Of a stretch of DNA of 64,000 nt, positions 58,940 to 64,000 are shown piece by piece. The DNA comes from the human T2T-CHM13v2.0 reference genome, Homo sapiens: NCBI RefSeq assembly GCF_009914755.1, contig NC_060930.1. One strand, written 5' to 3'. Both the position numbers and the translations under genes were made by a program. Positions within the stretch are counted from its first letter, which is position 1. Every line of letters begins with the position of its first letter. A model generated the notes under the pieces. That model was not told where the DNA came from and did not search any database. It saw only the letters and a list, made by a program, of their open reading frames with translations.

Positions 58940-60125
58940 TCTAATTGTGGTATATCTTACATAGAGCAAAATATAAAAATATTAAGTGTAAAGATCAATT
59001 AATTTTTACATTTGTGTATATACATGTAACCACAATCCAGATAAAAATATGAAACATTACTGTTACTCCAGAAGGCTCTCTTGTGCACTCCCCCTACGCC
59101 CCGTCATGAAAATAACTACCATTCTGACTTCCATTCACCGTAGATTAATTTTGTTCTTTTTCTTTTCATCTCATTGGAATCATATGATATGTGTCTGGCA
59201 TCTTTCACTCAATATTATGTCCATGAGAGTCATTCATATTTTGAATAGCAATAGTTATTGCTATGTAATATTTTATTTTATGACTGTGTTACAGTTTATT
59301 TTATACATGCTATTACCATTGGATATTTGGGTTATTTCTAGTTTTTTACTACAGCATTATGAGAAAAGGTCCTATGAACATTTTCATGTGTGTCTTTTGG
59401 TGAACATAAGTATGTACTCATTTCTGTTGGGTATATACTCAGAATTTGAATTGCTGGGACATGGGGCAAACATATGCTTCATTTAGTATATACTTTCAGA
59501 CTGTTTTCCGAAGTGATTGTATCAGTGTACACTCCTACCAACAGTTAGTGAAGAGTTCCAGTTGCTTGTCAGTTCTTTCTTTTTTTTGAGATGGAGTCTC
59601 GCTCAGTCACCCAGGCTGGAGTGCACTGGCATGATCTCGGCTCACTGGTTCAAGCCAGTGAGCTGCCTCTGCCTCCCAGGTTCAATCAATTCTTGTGGCT
59701 CAGCCTCCCAAGTAGCTGAGATTACAGGCATGCACCACCACACCCAGCTAATTTTTGTATTTTAGTAGAGATGGGGTTTCACCATGTTGGCCAGGATGGT
59801 CTTGATCTCCTGACCTCAGGTGATCTGCCCACCTAGGCCTCCCAAAGTGCTGGGATTACAGGCGTGAGCCACCGTGTCCATCCAGTTCTTTTAATTTTAG
59901 CTATTTTGATGTACAGTGCTAGTTGATAATGTATCTCATTGTGGTTTTAATTTCTATTTTCCTAATGACTAATGATGTTTGACAACTTTTCACAAATCTA
60001 TTGGCCATTTGATATCCTTTTGTTGTACCTGTTCAAATATTTTGCCCATTTTAGAAACCAGACCATCAGTCTTTTTTTTTTACATTATTGATTTATAGGC
60101 ATTTTGTATATATATATGCAAATAT
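58940..60125 (-). mobile_element. L1ME/MD 3' region split by an Alu
   Basis: ctttcactcaatattatgtccatgagagtcattcat...gtatctcattgtggttttaattt...aatgactaatgatgtt. Confidence 0.8.
59573..59880 (-). mobile_element. AluSx with a fold-back scar
   Basis: Antisense Alu; TSD cagttcttt. Confidence 0.9.
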
Positions 60126-60426
60126 TCCATTTTTGAATTACATGTCAGGATCTTCTTAAAGGACTGCCTTATTTGTCTAATGCTTTTTGGCCACATGAAG
60201 TGAGCGGAGAGTGAGGGAGCTTTGCTGGCCCTGGGCCTAGGGGAAAGAAATACACAATGACTTTGGTGCCTGATATAAACTATACTGAAGCCAAGGGGCA
60301 GAGCTCCCCTCAGCTCTGCCAGCACACCACACTTGCTTCGTTCTTGCGCTCCAAATTCTTGTCATTAGAGGTGCTCCCACTGGCTAGATCACAAAAGTGG
60401 AGTCGTTTCCAAAAGCCTGTTGTTTA

Positions 60427-60430
<4 letters not shown>

Positions 60431-60461
<31 letters not shown>
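60431..60461. repeat. (GT)n microsatellite running into gcgcg
   Basis: About 15 GT units of alternating purine-pyrimidine sequence. Confidence 0.95.
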
Positions 60462-60465
<4 letters not shown>

Positions 60466-61259
60466 TTTCCTGAAAAGGGGCAGAAAGCAAGAGAGTTAAT
60501 CGTCCCTCAGGAAAACGTGAGCAGCTGTGAGGATTCAGATAAGTTCATCATATTAGCTGATTATCACCCCTTAGAAAATGCAAAGAAGGCTCTCAGTGCG
60601 ATGAGGTTTAGTCCCCGCGAATCTGTGTGGCTGTGGGAGTTACAATGGGGGATGGGAGAGCTTGGGGAATAAGTTGGGTTTTTTACCCCAATCTTTTCTT
60701 TGGCTTGTTCAATATATAAATTGCCCTTTGCTCCCCAAGCCTGCTTCTCCCCTGCCACATACACAATAGTGAGAGAGGAAAGCTACCCCATCATCTTGAA
60801 AAAGGCAACCGAATGAAAATGGGAATCTCCCGCTCTCCTCATCTATTATCTCTTCAGTGTCTGATTTCTCATCCTCTTTCTTATGTCAGGACAGAAAAAT
60901 AACAAGGCAAATAAAGAATCAGAGTAAAGAGGCAGCAGACTAGAGGTAGGACTTAGGGAGGCCCAGTGAAGGCAAAAGAGAATCAGGAAGGGAAAAGGAC
61001 AGTGCTAAGAGGGGAGTGGGGGACACAGGAAAGAGATGGTGGAGGGAGATCTGATAGGACTGATACCATCTTGAAATTTTGAAAATTAAATTAAACAATG
61101 TGTTTATCTAAGATTAAATTTTTCTCTGTAATATAAAATAGGAAGAAGGAAGTAAAGGGATTATGACAATGAGATCTTCCACGAATAAATTTTACCATTG
61201 TGCAAAGGACAGCCGTGCTAAGAACTGTTCGAATTTTTGGTTATTTAAAAGAGAAATAA

Positions 61260-61559
<300 letters not shown>

Positions 61560-61883
61560 TAATACAATTTTTAGATTTCAAAACAATAAAATCTCTGTAC
61601 TAGAATTTTGTTTATCCATAAGTCTTGTTTTAGTCCTAGAACATGCTGTTGGTTTCTAAATTGTAAACATTGGGCTAGCTCATCAGAGTTCTGAGATGGA
61701 ACATGGAGGAGCTGTGGTACCTTTCTCTAAAAAGAGAAGGCCCGGTAACATGAATCAATGATGCACAGGGGGTCCAGGGAGTATGGCTGTCGTGCTCTCT
61801 ATAGCCCATATAATTAGGGCACCTAGCACTGACCAGTATGCACCCGTGCAGCCTCACCATCGTTAAAGGGTTGTAACGCTAAC

Positions 61884-62063
61884 ATAGTGGTGAGCAAATA
61901 AGTTCCCTGGGCATTCCTCCTACAGCCGGCTTCCCAGACTCCTCTGAACTTCCTTGGGCTTGCACTGCAGGGGGCACTTCCAGGCAGTGTCTGAGCCCTG
62001 CATGGGCAGGGATTGGATGGTGCACAGTCCATACCTCTGTTAAATATTTTGACTATTACCACT
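61884..62063. mobile_element. Possible small hAT-family MITE
   Basis: Imperfect terminal repeats tagtggtga and ttaccactg; gttaaatattttga terminus. Confidence 0.4.
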
Positions 62064-62135
62064 GCTCTCAGTTTTAAAGATGTATGATTCTTTGTTGACG
62101 TCTTCCATTTGTGGATTCATAAGGCTGTGTAATAG

Positions 62136-62519
<384 letters not shown>

Positions 62520-63342
62520 TGAATGAAAGGGTATACGGCCAATACTGGATTTCAGCACAGCCTAGAATAGTCTGTCACTTCTAATCCATGCACTTAAAGT
62601 TTATCTAGGCTGCAAAGCTTTAGGTACACTTGATTCAGGTGCCCTGACATCATATTTCTTTGGAGTTTCTGAATGTAGCTTATTAATAAATGTCTCTACA
62701 TCGTTTATCCTTGTCCTCTTTACCCTTATATTCTTAGGTTTTCCAAGGGTTCTGAAGGAACATATTTCATTTTTCTACCTTTCTTATGATACATGTACAA
62801 CAGTGTCTTACACTCGTGAGTGCTCCGTGACCCATTCAATGTCTAATTAATGTCTGTATTTTCTGCGTCATGTTCATTTCCGTTTATCACATATACTTGA
62901 GAATTTATTGTAAAAATGCTTTTTCTTGCACATCTCCAAGCTTCTCTAATGTTCTTGTGACATTATCTTAAAGTTGTTACTAAGGGATTGTTTTAGAGGC
63001 TGAATTCTAAGTAAACCGAACATGAGGGCACATTGACTTTTATTCCCAGCATTGTTAAGCAAGAAAGGAATAAAGTGATTCTAAAAGTTGTTTCTGAAAT
63101 ATAAGCTTGTTTTTGAAGGTAACACAGTTTTTAAACAAGTATGTTAAGTTTGTTTCATAATAGTGCATTGGAGTTAAATGAACCATGTAATTTCTGCTTG
63201 TGGATGTTAAGTTAGAACACAAACATTGAGGAAAGCTTGACAGGCTTAATCTTTCAAAGAAGAAAAGAAGAATATCCTTTAGTAGGTAGTGCAGTGCCTT
63301 AGAGAGGTTTTAACAATAGTGTGTTAAATGCACACAGCAGAA

Positions 63343-63561
<219 letters not shown>

Positions 63562-63598
63562 TAATGTAATATTTTTATTATTTAAAAAACTGCTTCTA

Positions 63599-63748
63599 GG
63601 CTGGGCACAGTGGCTCATGCCTGTAATCCCAGCACTTTGAGAGGCTGAGGTGGGCTGATCGCTTGAGCTCAAGAGTTTGAGATCAGTCTGGGCAACATGG
63701 TAAAACTCCTTCTCTATAAAAACAATTTTAAAAATATAAAAAAAATAA
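63599..63748 (+). mobile_element. FLAM_C within an old L1 fragment
   Basis: TSD aaaaactgcttc. Confidence 0.85.
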
Positions 63749-64000
63749 AAAACTGCTTCAGTTTTTATACTTAGGTTTCTCTATTCTTAATATTTTTCAT
63801 TTACTTTTCCTCTCATTCTTTTTTATTTTATTAATTTCTGATCTTATCTTTATATTTGCTTCCTCCTCATTTGTTTGAATTTATGCCATTATTTTTGTAG
63901 CTTTTTGAGTGAATGCTTAGCTCATTAATTTTCAGTTTTTCCTTTTTTAACATATATTCGTTTTTCAAATAAATATGTATGTATATATTTTAATGCTATA

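Overview
Human (primate) genomic DNA, about half transposon-derived. The only protein-coding feature is a CpG-island first exon on the + strand (ATG 29040 to donor AG|GTGAGC at 29212/29213). Its peptide MPLSPPAQGDPGEPSPCRPPKKHTTFHLWRSKKK... is, from memory, the N-terminus of the long isoform of CRYBG1/AIM1 (6q21, next to ATG5). Bases 1-28.4 kb are upstream sequence, and 29.2-64 kb is the start of a long intron 1 with no exon 2 in the window. Repeats include about 40 Alus (two with the diagnostics of the human-specific Yg6 and Ya5 subfamilies), the 3' part of a Tigger1, an apparently full-length Charlie3 with TIRs and 8-bp TSD, MER2, MER44A, MER45A, MER47A, MADE1, L1, L2, MIR and LTR relics. 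I see no new gene system. The most unusual signals are structural: several locally templated insertions and fold-back scars (one two-step nested copy), an Alu carrying extra 3' flank inside its TSD, a strong recursive-splice-like site in intron 1, and young inverted Alus near the exon 1 donor. Repeat subfamilies come from recalled consensus sequences, old-repeat boundaries are approximate, identities were estimated by eye, and many small MIR/L2 fragments are not listed.
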